This document shows, piece by piece, positions 1 to 9,147 of a DNA stretch of 33,821 nucleotides. A program made the translations under genes and the position numbers. Origin of the DNA: an uncultured Planctomycetia bacterium (GTDB lineage: Bacteria > Omnitrophota > Gorgyraeia > 2-02-FULL-51-18). Below the pieces are notes generated by a model. The model saw nothing but the letters and a program-made list of their open reading frames with translations, was not told the origin of the DNA and made no database searches. The stretch is from assembly GCA_964486835.1 (NCBI GenBank), contig CAZAPB010000001.1, positions 1-33,821 on the forward strand. Reading direction: 5' to 3'. How positions within the stretch are numbered: the stretch's first letter is position 1; every line of letters starts with the position of its first letter.

Positions 1-9
1 GCTTAGATA

Positions 10-486
10 TTGCAGGTAAAGAATAAACATAAGAAGATATTTCAGAAATTGAATGTACTGGAGAATCTCCAGTTCGGCGCATACTTGCGCTCCGATGCGG
101 CCGCCGTCAAAGGTGATCTTGAAGATATTTTCCATATTTTCCCAATCCTGAAAAAAAGAAAGTGCCAGAAGGCGGGAACGCTTTCCGGGGGAGAGCAGCA
201 AATGCTTGCGATCGGCCGCGCGCTGATGTCGCGGCCGTCAGTTCTCTTGTTGGATGAACCATCGCTCGGACTTGCGCCGATTCTGGTGGCGGCCATCTTT
301 AGCATGATTCAAAAAATCAACCAACAAGGGAAGACCATTCTCCTGGTAGAACAGAACGCCCACATGGCGCTCAAGATCGCGCATCGGGCGTATGTTATGG
401 AAACCGGCCAAATCGTAATGGAGGGAGCCGCCGCCGACCTAAGGGACAATCCCACAGTCAAGCACGCTTATTTGGGAGGTAGATAG
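10..486 (+). CDS. LivF-like (branched-chain amino acid type) ABC transporter ATP-binding protein, C-terminal two-thirds only; possible pseudogene or truncated gene
   Basis: ABC signature LSGGEQQMLAIGRAL, Walker B LLLLDEPSLGLAP and H-loop region VEQNAHMAL are present. No Walker A is in frame. An in-frame TAG at 4-6 stops the ORF extending to the window edge, and the only start is TTG at 10. Confidence 0.6.
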   Translation: MQVKNKHKKIFQKLNVLENLQFGAYLRSDAAAVKGDLEDIFHIFPILKKRKCQKAGTLSGGEQQMLAIGRALMSRPSVLLLDEPSLGLAPILVAAIFSMIQKINQQGKTILLVEQNAHMALKIAHRAYVMETGQIVMEGAAADLRDNPTVKHAYLGGR

Positions 487-493
487 CCGCCGG

Positions 494-706
494 TCAGGAA
501 GTTTTCTTTTTCAGAACGAATACTAATTTTTCGCCGGCGCCGAGTGTGATGTCGAGAGTCTTATCTTGCAAGCTTTTCTTATGTTTTTTGCAGAGCAGTA
601 CGGGGAACATTTCGTCAGGCTGGGGCATCACATTCGTAACTGTTTCGATTTCGACAGAGTCTCGCCCGCCGCAAACCGAACAAATTTTATCTAAAATAGG
701 TGCCAT
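494..706 (-). CDS. small hypothetical protein with C-x2-C ... C-x2-H (zinc-ribbon-like) pattern
   Basis: 70-aa ORF with an ATG start. CSVC at residues 9-12 and CKKH at 39-42. Convergent with the LivF-like gene. No recognisable family. Confidence 0.45.
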   Translation of the reverse strand: MAPILDKICSVCGGRDSVEIETVTNVMPQPDEMFPVLLCKKHKKSLQDKTLDITLGAGEKLVFVLKKKTS

Positions 707-813
707 GGTCTCATTTTAAAATATAGTAGCACAGATTTAAGCAGTGGTTCAAGCCGTACCGCAAAAAAATAATTTATATCTGAGTAAAATTTGATAAGGT
801 TTCATTTTCTTTC

Positions 814-842
814 TTGTGCTTTTTAGCCAATGACTATAGAAT
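814..842 (+). promoter_or_regulatory. candidate sigma70-type promoter for the pilus operon (TTGTGC-17 nt-TAGAAT)
   Basis: Hexamers at 814-819 and 837-842 with a 17-nt spacer, in the AT-rich divergent intergenic region about 94 nt upstream of the 936 start. Confidence 0.3.
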
Positions 843-935
843 AGATAACTATATATTGTGCAATATTCAGCTCGGAAGCAATAGGCAGAGGGTGTGTCAG
901 TGCTATGATTCATCCAAAATAATGAGAAAGTAGTC

Positions 936-2507
936 GTGTTGATAAATAACTTCATAAGTAGTAATACAGTGGGATTGTATATTGAAGGCAAGCGCATATA
1001 TGTTGCTGAGCTAAGCTGCCAATTTGGAGAGAGTAAGATTTCACATGCGGGACAGTCAGAAGTGGTGCTGACCCAGGTTAATCCGACGCCGGACGATGAG
1101 GCTGTATCCCGCGCTATCCTTGAAATGCTCAACCGCGAATCTATTAGGCACAAAGATGTTATTGTGGCACTCACCGAAAAAGAATCCATGATCCGGTATT
1201 TTGAAATGCCGATTCTGCGGTTGGCGGAACGGCGGAATTCTGTTCGTTTTGAAGCGCAAAAATATCTGCCCTTTGATATTCGTGAGCTTTATTTTGACTA
1301 TTCGTTGCAAATAGATAAAGCCCAGAACAGGATGAAAGTTACGTTCTTTGCCGCTAAAAAAGAAGCCGTGAACAGGTTGAGCTCGATTGTTAGGGGGGCG
1401 GGTCTCAGAGTCAGGGCGATTGAGTCTGCGTCCATGGCTTTAACGCGAGCGTTTTATCCGGTGGAAACTAAAGCCCTCAATGAGGCGTTTGCCGTACTGG
1501 ATATCGACAAAAACGGTTTTATCAATATTTTTATCGTCAAGAACGGCCTTATTGTGATGACGCGCGATCACATATACTTCAAGCCCGCGGCTATCGGAGA
1601 TGTGACGGAAAACGATTTTAAAGCATGTGTGTCTGAAGTCAGGCTTTCGTTGAATTATTTCTCCAAGACCTTTAAGAATGAAAACCTAGCCAGGATTGTT
1701 CTCGGGGCTGACCTCAAGGGGGCATACAAACAATGGGATTCCATGCTTGAAGTTGAACTGGGTATTCCCGTGAGAGTTGGTAACCCTATGGGATATTTTC
1801 CTGCCAATCAGAGTTACTCCGGCGGACTGACCACGGCTATTGGTTTGGCGATGAGAGGAATTCCGCGCGCGAGGGGAATGCGCCTTAACCTTAATCCAAA
1901 GGGTGATGTGCGCCCCGCCAATATTGCGACTGCACGCACGGTTGTCGATGAGAATGATTTTTTAAAAAAAGCAGTTATTTGTGAGGTGATATTTGTGGCG
2001 ATTTTTGGCATGATTGTTTATTACGGTGTTTACAGCAAATTGCTTGCTGTCAGAGGCAATTTCACACGGCAGTCGCAATCGACGCAAGGCCTATCCGCCT
2101 TGTCGGCTGAGGAGGTCAATGCCAAAGCCACGAATCTTAGCGGCCAGATTAATTTTTTGTCCAATCTTGTTCAGCACCGGGTCTATTTCACCCAGAAAAT
2201 GAATTCGCTGGCTAAGACGCTTCCACCCGAGGTTTCGTTGTCAGCCCTTTTTTATGATGAGCGTGAGGGATCAAGTGGTAAAGGAAGGTGCACGCTATCG
2301 CTGGAGGGTATCATTGTTTCTCATGCGGGGGGAGTCGAGCTGACGGAGCTGAATCAACTCGTTGCCACTCTTTCTCAGGATAAGGAATTTATGAAAGGTT
2401 TTGATGACGTGAGGATCGTGTCCGCACAAAACCAACCTGAGAATGACAGGCTATTGACCCGGTTTGTAATCAATTGCACAACGCAGGCCCCGGAGAAGAC
2501 TCAATGA
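936..2507 (+). CDS. pilM: type IV pilus assembly protein PilM fused to a PilN-like TM/periplasmic domain (GspL-like architecture)
   Basis: The N-terminal ~330 aa are an actin-like PilM fold (VGLYIEGKRIYVAEL ... AIESASMAL ... GLAMRG). One TM helix follows (VICEVIFVAIFGMIVYYGVY), then a ~170-aa PilN-like periplasmic part. GTG start. The stop overlaps the next start (ATGA). Confidence 0.8.
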   Translation: MLINNFISSNTVGLYIEGKRIYVAELSCQFGESKISHAGQSEVVLTQVNPTPDDEAVSRAILEMLNRESIRHKDVIVALTEKESMIRYFEMPILRLAERRNSVRFEAQKYLPFDIRELYFDYSLQIDKAQNRMKVTFFAAKKEAVNRLSSIVRGAGLRVRAIESASMALTRAFYPVETKALNEAFAVLDIDKNGFINIFIVKNGLIVMTRDHIYFKPAAIGDVTENDFKACVSEVRLSLNYFSKTFKNENLARIVLGADLKGAYKQWDSMLEVELGIPVRVGNPMGYFPANQSYSGGLTTAIGLAMRGIPRARGMRLNLNPKGDVRPANIATARTVVDENDFLKKAVICEVIFVAIFGMIVYYGVYSKLLAVRGNFTRQSQSTQGLSALSAEEVNAKATNLSGQINFLSNLVQHRVYFTQKMNSLAKTLPPEVSLSALFYDEREGSSGKGRCTLSLEGIIVSHAGGVELTELNQLVATLSQDKEFMKGFDDVRIVSAQNQPENDRLLTRFVINCTTQAPEKTQ

Positions 2508-3022
2508 TAGGTTCTCTTTCAAAGAAAACAACCGATAACCTTATTTTTTTCTCATTTGTTATATTTTTCGGGGGGGCGTTCATTTGCTGGAATTCTTTTG
2601 TAAAACCGATGAATGTTCAGATCAAGTCACATCAAGCTAATATGGTCAAAATAGCGCAAACGAAGACAGCGGTTGAAAATCTAGATGCCTTGCAGAGAAG
2701 ATTCGTGGACTACAAGAATGTTCTCTCGGAGACGCAGCTGATATCCTGGCTTATCGATGAGTCCAATCGTCTAGCGACAGATTGCGGCCTGACTATTATA
2801 TCCGCGTCTCCAGGGCCTGATATACCGAATTTGGATTTTCGGCGGATAACTCTGAGGATTGAAGCACGAGGCACTTATCATCAATTAGGTGATTTTATCA
2901 GTAGCATTGAGAACTCGGAACGACTTATCAAGATAAGTGACTTTTCCGCAGAGCGCGGTGAAAATGCAACAAAAGGACTTCGTATGATAATAACTCTGTG
3001 TATTTTTACTGTGAGGACATAG
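2504..3022 (+). CDS. pilO: PilO/GspM-like pilus assembly protein
   Basis: N-terminal TM helix (LIFFSFVIFFGGAFICW), a coiled segment, then a PilO-type C-terminus (ITLRIEARGTYHQLGDFISSIENSERLIKISDF). ATG at 2504 gives an ATGA overlap with the upstream stop. The ORF track's 2474 TTG start is less likely. Confidence 0.7.
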   Translation: MIGSLSKKTTDNLIFFSFVIFFGGAFICWNSFVKPMNVQIKSHQANMVKIAQTKTAVENLDALQRRFVDYKNVLSETQLISWLIDESNRLATDCGLTIISASPGPDIPNLDFRRITLRIEARGTYHQLGDFISSIENSERLIKISDFSAERGENATKGLRMIITLCIFTVRT

Positions 3023-3023
3023 G

Positions 3024-3398
3024 ATGCTTTATTGGAATATAATCAATATAAAACGGCCTATTTATTTAACCTTTTTAGCTATTCTGCTGGCAGAGTTGTT
3101 GACAGGTGAATCTGTGATGGCTGTGGAATACGCCGGCCGGCTATTCCGGGATCCGTTCTCGAAAAACACAGAGAAGAGCGCGCCGAAGACAGAGGATACG
3201 CCTTCGAGCAAACTGGTTTTGAAGGGAGTGTTTTGGAGCGCTGGAAACCCTCAAGCGCTGATTAACGGCCAGGTAGTCAAAATAGGTGATAAAGTGAGGG
3301 GCGCTGAAGTGATTGACATTAAAAAAGAAGGCGTCAAAATGCGTACGGGTGACAACGAGGAGATATTTTTGCTTTTTAAGAGGGGGGCAAGTTCATGA
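3024..3398 (+). CDS. small periplasmic PilP/GspB-like secretin-coupling protein (tentative)
   Basis: TM/signal anchor followed by a C-terminal motif LVLKGVFWSAGNPQALINGQVVKIGDKVRGAEVIDIKKEGVKM, typical of small PilP/GspB-type proteins. GAGGA RBS about 7 nt upstream. ATGA overlap with the secretin gene. Confidence 0.55.
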   Translation: MLYWNIINIKRPIYLTFLAILLAELLTGESVMAVEYAGRLFRDPFSKNTEKSAPKTEDTPSSKLVLKGVFWSAGNPQALINGQVVKIGDKVRGAEVIDIKKEGVKMRTGDNEEIFLLFKRGASS

Positions 3399-5137
3399 AG
3401 AAAAGAAGATTTGCCGCTACAGTTATTTTATTAGCGGCTTTTTTTTTGATTTCAGCCACGGGGTATATTCCAAGCGCCTATTCTTCTGATGAGCTTACTG
3501 GCGGAGCTGATTCTGCCATTGTTTCAATGGAATTCGAAGGCGCGGCCCTAAAGGATGTCTTAAAGGTGCTTTCCCAACAGTCGGGTTTGAATTTTGTCAC
3601 AAGCTCCGATGTCGAGCAAAAGCAGGTTACCGTCTATTTTGATCATGTACCTGCCGGTGAGGCCCTGGAAAGTATTGTTACCGCCAATGGTTTGGTTTTT
3701 GAAAAAAAAGGCGCTAATGTCTACATGATCTCTGCGCCCACCGCCTCCCAAGATGCTGTCACTCTTCAGACGCGGGTTATCCGGCTTAAGTATTTGCGCG
3801 CTTCAACGTCACCTTTGGATGTGGGTGGTGATGCGACAATCAAACAGCTCAGGAGCTCAGAATCGATAATGAGTTTTGGTACTACGGTTGGCGAGGCAGC
3901 GGCTGGAGGGACGGATAGCGGGAACAAGAAAGGGGACGAGAATAAAAAGGGGGCTACGGTCGTTCTTGAGAAAGGAATTGATCAGCTAGTGGCGAGTCTT
4001 CTGTCTGATAATGGAAAAGTAGCCGTGGATTTGGCTAGTAACTGTTTGATCGTCACGGATACTATCGATAAGCTCAATCAGGTCGAGAAGGTGATCGCTC
4101 AAATCGATGTAGCCCCAAGACAGGTTATGCTCCAGGTGCATCTGATGGAAGTCCAAAAGAATGTATTGGATGACCAGGGCATCGAATGGGGCGGTAACAA
4201 TGGAGCGTTGGCGTCGTTTCAAGGCGGGTCTCGGACCGCCGCTTGGCCGTTTGATGAGCATATTTGGAAAAGATTCAAGGGGGTCGAAGCTAGCCAAGTT
4301 ACCGACCCATCGACTTTAACGCTTGGGACGCTCAGTGCTGAAAATTTGCAGGCAGTTCTGCACTATTTGACAACACTTAATGATACAAAAATATTAGCGC
4401 GACCGCGTGTTCTGACGCTGAACAATGAAGCCGCCAATATTCGTCTGGTGACCAATACCGCTACTGCCAAGCTAGATGTGATGTCAAGCGGAGGCGCTAT
4501 CACTACGCTTCAGACCGGCGGCGCCGAGAGAACCCCTGTTGGTGTGATCCTTAAGATAACTCCGCAGATTAACGATGACGGGACTGTAGGTCTTTTTCTC
4601 GAGCCTTCTTTTACGACAGTTGCCCCGTCTTCTTTTTTCCCGGCTGACTTTTTAGATCCGACGACTCGATCCATTCGTACCATGGCAAGAGTTAAAAATA
4701 ATGAAACGTTGGTTCTTGGTGGTCTGGTAAGTAGCAACAACCTCAAAACGACAAAAAAAGTACCTGTTTTGAGTGGGCTGCCTTTAGTAGGAAAAGCGTT
4801 CCAGTATGAGCACACGAGCACGACGGACACGGAGCTCATCATATTCATTACGCCGCACATTGTGAATGGTTACGATAGCATGGCAGTCCCTAGCGCTACG
4901 GCTTTGACGCGGGATGTCGAAGCAAAGAAACTCGTTGATCAGTTCAAAGAGAATGAATACAAAAGAATCATGTCCTCATTGGGAAATGCTGAAGTTGAAA
5001 ACCAGCCGTTTTATGAGGAGGATAAGCAGATGATGATAAAAAATGCTAGAACCATCGTAACTCCCGCTACAGAAAAAGCGATGAGCCAGGCGATTAACCC
5101 TGACCTAAAGAAGTTTGAGGCAAAACCGGTTAAGTAG
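3395..5137 (+). CDS. pilQ: secretin (PilQ/GspD family outer-membrane channel)
   Basis: Signal peptide, N-domain repeats (LKDVLKVLSQQSGLNFV; CLIVTDTIDKLNQVEKVI) and the conserved secretin core (ILARPRVLTLNNEAANI ... VPVLSGLPLVGKAFQ ... ELIIFITPHIV). Confidence 0.9.
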   Translation: MKKRRFAATVILLAAFFLISATGYIPSAYSSDELTGGADSAIVSMEFEGAALKDVLKVLSQQSGLNFVTSSDVEQKQVTVYFDHVPAGEALESIVTANGLVFEKKGANVYMISAPTASQDAVTLQTRVIRLKYLRASTSPLDVGGDATIKQLRSSESIMSFGTTVGEAAAGGTDSGNKKGDENKKGATVVLEKGIDQLVASLLSDNGKVAVDLASNCLIVTDTIDKLNQVEKVIAQIDVAPRQVMLQVHLMEVQKNVLDDQGIEWGGNNGALASFQGGSRTAAWPFDEHIWKRFKGVEASQVTDPSTLTLGTLSAENLQAVLHYLTTLNDTKILARPRVLTLNNEAANIRLVTNTATAKLDVMSSGGAITTLQTGGAERTPVGVILKITPQINDDGTVGLFLEPSFTTVAPSSFFPADFLDPTTRSIRTMARVKNNETLVLGGLVSSNNLKTTKKVPVLSGLPLVGKAFQYEHTSTTDTELIIFITPHIVNGYDSMAVPSATALTRDVEAKKLVDQFKENEYKRIMSSLGNAEVENQPFYEEDKQMMIKNARTIVTPATEKAMSQAINPDLKKFEAKPVK

Positions 5138-5185
5138 CCCTATGCAAAAGATGAGTCTGACTAAAAAGCAAGAAGGAGCTTTTTG

Positions 5186-6913
5186 ATGGGCAATCCACCG
5201 CTAAGACTGGGCGAGATTCTTCTAAAAGATGGCCTCATCACGCAGGAGCAGCTTAGCGCTGCTCTGGCGCTTCAAAGAAAAGGGGCTAATGAAGCGCTTG
5301 GCGTGCTTCTTGTCAAAGCCGGAGCGATTTCCGAAAAAATCCTTGTTGTGACGTTGAGCAAGCAGCTGAATATTCCCTACGCGTCAAAAGAGAAGGGAAA
5401 TCTACTTCCAGCTCCCGACCAGAGCCTGGTTAAGATTATTCCCGAAGAATTCGCCCGCCGCAATACCGTGTTACCACTTTTGATCGAAGGCGGCGACCGT
5501 CTCAAAGTTGCTATTATGGACCCCTTGGATGTTGTACTTTTAGATAATCTCCATAAGATCACCGGATGCGAGATTCAGAGGGTTATTGCTTCCAGAGGTG
5601 ATATTGATGAAGCGATAAGCAAATTTTATGGGGAAGGCGGGATGCTTAAAAGTGTGATTCAATCCTCCTATTTGTCGGCGGGTTTGGTAGCCGACGATGA
5701 GACGGATGATCGGTTGTCTTTGGACGATTTGGTAGCCAGCGCTGAGAAAGCACCTGTCGTCAAGCTGACCGACCTGCTAATCCGTGAGGCGATCAAGAAG
5801 CGCGCCAGTGATATTCACTTGGAGCCTTTTGAAGATAAGCTCAGTATACGTTTCCGCATTGATGGCGTCTTGAGAGAGATACCGGCACCGGACAAATCGA
5901 TGATCCTGCCTTTAACTTCGCGTATCAAGATTCTTTGCAAGATGGATATCGCCGAGAAACGCCTTCCTCAGGACAGCAGTTTCCGTGCCACGATCGAGAA
6001 CCGTTTGATTGATTTTCGCGTTTCAACGATTCCAACCATTCACGGCGAAAAGGTTGTTCTGCGTATATTGGACAGATCCGCAGTTGCTCTTGACTTAAAG
6101 ACCATGGGTTTTACCGAAAGAGAAAAAGATATTTTCACTCAATGTATTCGCAAACCTTATGGCATGATTCTTATCACGGGCCCGACCGGCAGTGGAAAGA
6201 CAACAACCCTTTATTCGGCTCTCAATGAGATTAAGGGGGAAGCTTTGAATATTACGACAATTGAGGATCCTGTCGAATACCAGCTACACGGCATCAATCA
6301 GGTTCAAGTGAAGCCCGGTATCGGACTGACATTCGCTAGCGGGTTGCGCGCCTTTCTTCGACAGGATCCCGATGTTATGCTGGTAGGTGAGATCCGAGAT
6401 CTGGAAACAGCGCAAATTTGTGTTCGCGCGGCGCTTACCGGGCACTTGGTCTTCAGTACTCTGCATACTAATGATGCGCCCACAGCTCTGAGCCGGCTGG
6501 TAGATATTGGCATTGAGCCTTTTTTTGTCAGCTCGTCTCTTTTGATGGTTGTTGCCCAGCGCTTGATCCGCAAGCTTTGCCCCAAGTGTAAAGAATCATA
6601 TAAACCTCTCGCGGCGGATCTACCAAGTCAGCTCAAGCTCAAAGGCGCGGCTCCCATAGAACGGTTGTATCGTCCCAAGGGCTGTGAAGCATGCAATAAT
6701 ACCGGGTATGCAGGGCGCAGGGCAATCTTTGAAATGATGAACAACACGGAAGAGATTGCGCGCATGATTCTCAAAAGAGCGGGTGTGGCCGAAATAAGGG
6801 AGGAAGCCAGGCGCAACGGCATGTCCACCCTGGAAGAAAACTGTCTTAAAAAAGTAGCTGACGGAGAGACTTCCCTGCAAGAGATGATGAGAGTGGTATT
6901 ATCCAGTGACTAA
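5186..6913 (+). CDS. pilB: pilus/secretion assembly ATPase, PilB/GspE family
   Basis: N-terminal T2SSE_N-type domain (LGEILLKDGLITQEQL). Walker A GPTGSGKTT, Asp box, Walker B VMLVGEIRD, His box and the tetracysteine motif CPKC...CEAC. AAGGAG RBS 7 nt before the ATG at 5186. Confidence 0.92.
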   Translation: MGNPPLRLGEILLKDGLITQEQLSAALALQRKGANEALGVLLVKAGAISEKILVVTLSKQLNIPYASKEKGNLLPAPDQSLVKIIPEEFARRNTVLPLLIEGGDRLKVAIMDPLDVVLLDNLHKITGCEIQRVIASRGDIDEAISKFYGEGGMLKSVIQSSYLSAGLVADDETDDRLSLDDLVASAEKAPVVKLTDLLIREAIKKRASDIHLEPFEDKLSIRFRIDGVLREIPAPDKSMILPLTSRIKILCKMDIAEKRLPQDSSFRATIENRLIDFRVSTIPTIHGEKVVLRILDRSAVALDLKTMGFTEREKDIFTQCIRKPYGMILITGPTGSGKTTTLYSALNEIKGEALNITTIEDPVEYQLHGINQVQVKPGIGLTFASGLRAFLRQDPDVMLVGEIRDLETAQICVRAALTGHLVFSTLHTNDAPTALSRLVDIGIEPFFVSSSLLMVVAQRLIRKLCPKCKESYKPLAADLPSQLKLKGAAPIERLYRPKGCEACNNTGYAGRRAIFEMMNNTEEIARMILKRAGVAEIREEARRNGMSTLEENCLKKVADGETSLQEMMRVVLSSD

Positions 6914-6931
6914 ATTCGGCAAAATGCAATA

Positions 6932-8158
6932 ATGGCCACTTTTTTATTCAGCGCTCGCGATGGCGCGACGGGTAGACTTGTGCAAGGCAAGCAGGATGCC
7001 GATAATGAATATGCGGCGATCAGAATTCTCCAGGGGCGCAATCTGGTTATTTCTAAGCTTGCTCTTGTCAGCGGTCAACCCGTGGAGATAATAGGGGGTC
7101 AAAATAAGATAAAAATTCATCGGCAGGTTAAGCCGGGAGATCTGTTGTTTTTAATACGCCAGACTGCGATTCTTTTGGATGCAGGTGTGCCATTGATCAG
7201 AGCGCTTGATATTCTTTCGGCGCAGATAGAAAGTTCTTACTTAAAGGAGGTGCTCAAGGTTGTTGTAGATGACATTAAAGCGGGCTGTACTTTCAGTGAC
7301 GCCATCGCTAAGCATCCGACGACATTTCCCCAAATATGGGTTCATCTTATAGAAGCAGGTGAGGCAGGTGGTCTCTTGCCTTTAGTGCTTAATCAGCTGG
7401 CGGCATACGTCGAAGCAAGCATCAATTTAAAAAGCAAAATTATTTCCTCACTGATTTATCCGGGGATGATTATGTTGACGGCGTTTGGCGCGATCATCGT
7501 TTTTATGACGGTGCTAATTCCCGTGTTTGCCAAACTTTTCGCTAGTTTTAACGCAAAACTGCCTCCTCTAACGCAGGCTCTTATTGACATCAGCTCGTTT
7601 TTCCTTAAATTTGGGCCGTATACTGTATTCCTGCTCGTAGTCGTAGGATATTTTCTCCGCAATTATTTACGTACTCAGGAAGGAAGCAGGTTGAAGGATG
7701 ACGTTCTTATAAGGCTCCCACTTTTTTCTGTTTTGGTTAAGGATATCATTCTTGTACGCATCGCTTTGAATATGTCGGCTCTGATCCAAAGCGGAGTGAA
7801 CCTTTTGCAAGCCCTTGAGATATCAGCCAAGATATCGGGCAATTACCTTTATGAGAACGCACTGAGGAACGTAATGCATGATATTCAACAGGGAAAAAGC
7901 TTGTCAGCCTCCATAGAGCAGAGCGGTCTTTTTCCCGTGATGGTTACGCACATGATCATGGTGGGAGAGGAAAGCGGGCAGTTGGCCCCCATGATCAAAA
8001 AGGTTGCTGAATACTACCAGGGCCGCATTGACATTTTTGTATCTAGGCTTTCGGTCATGATTGAACCCCTTATTGTGTTGGTTGTGGGAGGCATCGTCGG
8101 GGTGCTTATCATTGCTATGTTTCTTCCAATCATATCATTGAGCAGTGTAATTAAATAA
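6932..8158 (+). CDS. pilC: inner-membrane platform protein, PilC/GspF family
   Basis: 408 aa with the two-repeat GspF-type architecture (LIRQTAILLDAGVPLIRAL ... and IALNMSALIQSGVNLLQAL ...) and three TM segments. Confidence 0.9.
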   Translation: MATFLFSARDGATGRLVQGKQDADNEYAAIRILQGRNLVISKLALVSGQPVEIIGGQNKIKIHRQVKPGDLLFLIRQTAILLDAGVPLIRALDILSAQIESSYLKEVLKVVVDDIKAGCTFSDAIAKHPTTFPQIWVHLIEAGEAGGLLPLVLNQLAAYVEASINLKSKIISSLIYPGMIMLTAFGAIIVFMTVLIPVFAKLFASFNAKLPPLTQALIDISSFFLKFGPYTVFLLVVVGYFLRNYLRTQEGSRLKDDVLIRLPLFSVLVKDIILVRIALNMSALIQSGVNLLQALEISAKISGNYLYENALRNVMHDIQQGKSLSASIEQSGLFPVMVTHMIMVGEESGQLAPMIKKVAEYYQGRIDIFVSRLSVMIEPLIVLVVGGIVGVLIIAMFLPIISLSSVIK

Positions 8159-8217
8159 TAATTGTTACTAAATTCTAGCAAAGCAAAGGAGGAAAGAAAT
8201 AATATTTCGTCATACTA

Positions 8218-8246
8218 TTGATTTTTAGTCAAAATACTGCTATTAT
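8218..8246 (+). promoter_or_regulatory. candidate sigma70 promoter for the major pilin genes (TTGATT-17 nt-TATTAT)
   Basis: Hexamers at 8218-8223 and 8241-8246 with an exact 17-nt spacer, in the AT-rich 130-nt gap between pilC and the first pilin gene. Confidence 0.45.
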
Positions 8247-8288
8247 TTAATTGGGTTGATAGTAAACAATTAACATAAGGAGAATAAG

Positions 8289-8684
8289 ATGAACGGTATA
8301 AATAGATTGAGAAATCTTAAAGGTTTTACATTAATGGAAGTACTTATTGTGCTGGTGGTTTTAGCAATTATTGTTAGTTTGGCTATACCTATCTATTCGC
8401 AGTCAGGTAAAAAAACGTATAAAGCTGAGGCTTTTAATATACTCAATGGTTTACGTAATGCGCAGGTTAGGTACTATTCTATGCAGACAGGCTCGAGGTC
8501 GTATTCTACAAGTTATACGGATATTGAATTTGACCCAACTGTAGTAGCTGGTACGCCGCATTTTACTTATTCCGTTGCTGCGGGTGTTGGTACGTTTCTT
8601 GCTACGGCAACCGGTTCCACTGGAGTAATCACTGGAAGCACAGTAACAATTGATCAGGCGGGTGCGATTGGTGGGAATCTATAA
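8289..8684 (+). CDS. type IV (pseudo)pilin, copy 1, likely major subunit
   Basis: Class III signal: leader MNGINRLRNLKG, then FTLMEVLIVLVVLAIIVSLAIP with Glu at +5. AAGGAG RBS 6 nt upstream. The mature part is identical to copy 2. Confidence 0.9.
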   Translation: MNGINRLRNLKGFTLMEVLIVLVVLAIIVSLAIPIYSQSGKKTYKAEAFNILNGLRNAQVRYYSMQTGSRSYSTSYTDIEFDPTVVAGTPHFTYSVAAGVGTFLATATGSTGVITGSTVTIDQAGAIGGNL

Positions 8685-8691
8685 TAAGTTA
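8320..8691. repeat. tandem direct repeat unit 1 (372 bp, identical to 8783-9154 wherever I compared by eye)
   Basis: With an offset of 463 nt the match starts at 8320/8783 and ends at 8691/9154, with mismatches immediately outside both ends. Confidence 0.85.
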
Positions 8692-8763
8692 GAGGTGCTG
8701 TTAACGTAAAAGGATATTAATGGCAAGCTGAGAAGCAATCATAAGTTTTTAATGAGGTGATGA

Positions 8764-9147
8764 ATGATAAATAAGCATCGTCAAGGTTTTACATTAATGG
8801 AAGTACTTATTGTGCTGGTGGTTTTAGCAATTATTGTTAGTTTGGCTATACCTATCTATTCGCAGTCAGGTAAAAAAACGTATAAAGCTGAGGCTTTTAA
8901 TATACTCAATGGTTTACGTAATGCGCAGGTTAGGTACTATTCTATGCAGACAGGCTCGAGGTCGTATTCTACAAGTTATACGGATATTGAATTTGACCCA
9001 ACTGTAGTAGCTGGTACGCCGCATTTTACTTATTCCGTTGCTGCGGGTGTTGGTACGTTTCTTGCTACGGCAACCGGTTCCACTGGAGTAATCACTGGAA
9101 GCACAGTAACAATTGATCAGGCGGGTGCGATTGGTGGGAATCTATAA
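8764..9147 (+). CDS. type IV (pseudo)pilin, copy 2, with mature sequence identical to copy 1
   Basis: Leader MINKHRQG, then the same FTLMEV... sequence to the stop codon. It has its own GAGGTGA RBS. Confidence 0.9.
   Translation: MINKHRQGFTLMEVLIVLVVLAIIVSLAIPIYSQSGKKTYKAEAFNILNGLRNAQVRYYSMQTGSRSYSTSYTDIEFDPTVVAGTPHFTYSVAAGVGTFLATATGSTGVITGSTVTIDQAGAIGGNL

Noticed and set aside
749-1189. 146-aa minus-strand ORF spanning the pilM upstream region and the 5' end of pilM
   Set aside because: It overlaps the well-supported PilM coding frame antisense, has low-complexity and odd composition, and shows no motifs or RBS. It is likely spurious.
3439-3447. T9 tract in the signal-peptide-coding part of the secretin gene, considered as a phase-variation switch
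   Set aside because: Comparable 8-9-nt homopolymers occur in several housekeeping genes here (for example about 17275-17282 and 22908-22915). It looks like a compositional feature rather than a dedicated contingency tract.
8160-8271. Imperfect inverted repeats AATTGTTACT (8160-8169) / AGTAAACAATT (8261-8271) flanking the predicted pilin promoter, considered as a possible invertible promoter switch
   Set aside because: The repeats are only about 10 bp with an indel, in very AT-rich DNA. The enclosed segment (about 90 bp) is shorter than known invertible elements, and no recombinase gene is in the window.
8721-8737. Sigma54-like element TGGCAAGCTGAGAAGCA upstream of pilin copy 2
   Set aside because: The GG and GC dinucleotides are 11 nt apart rather than the strictly required 10, and the -12 region is AAGCA rather than TTGCA. 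This is probably coincidental.
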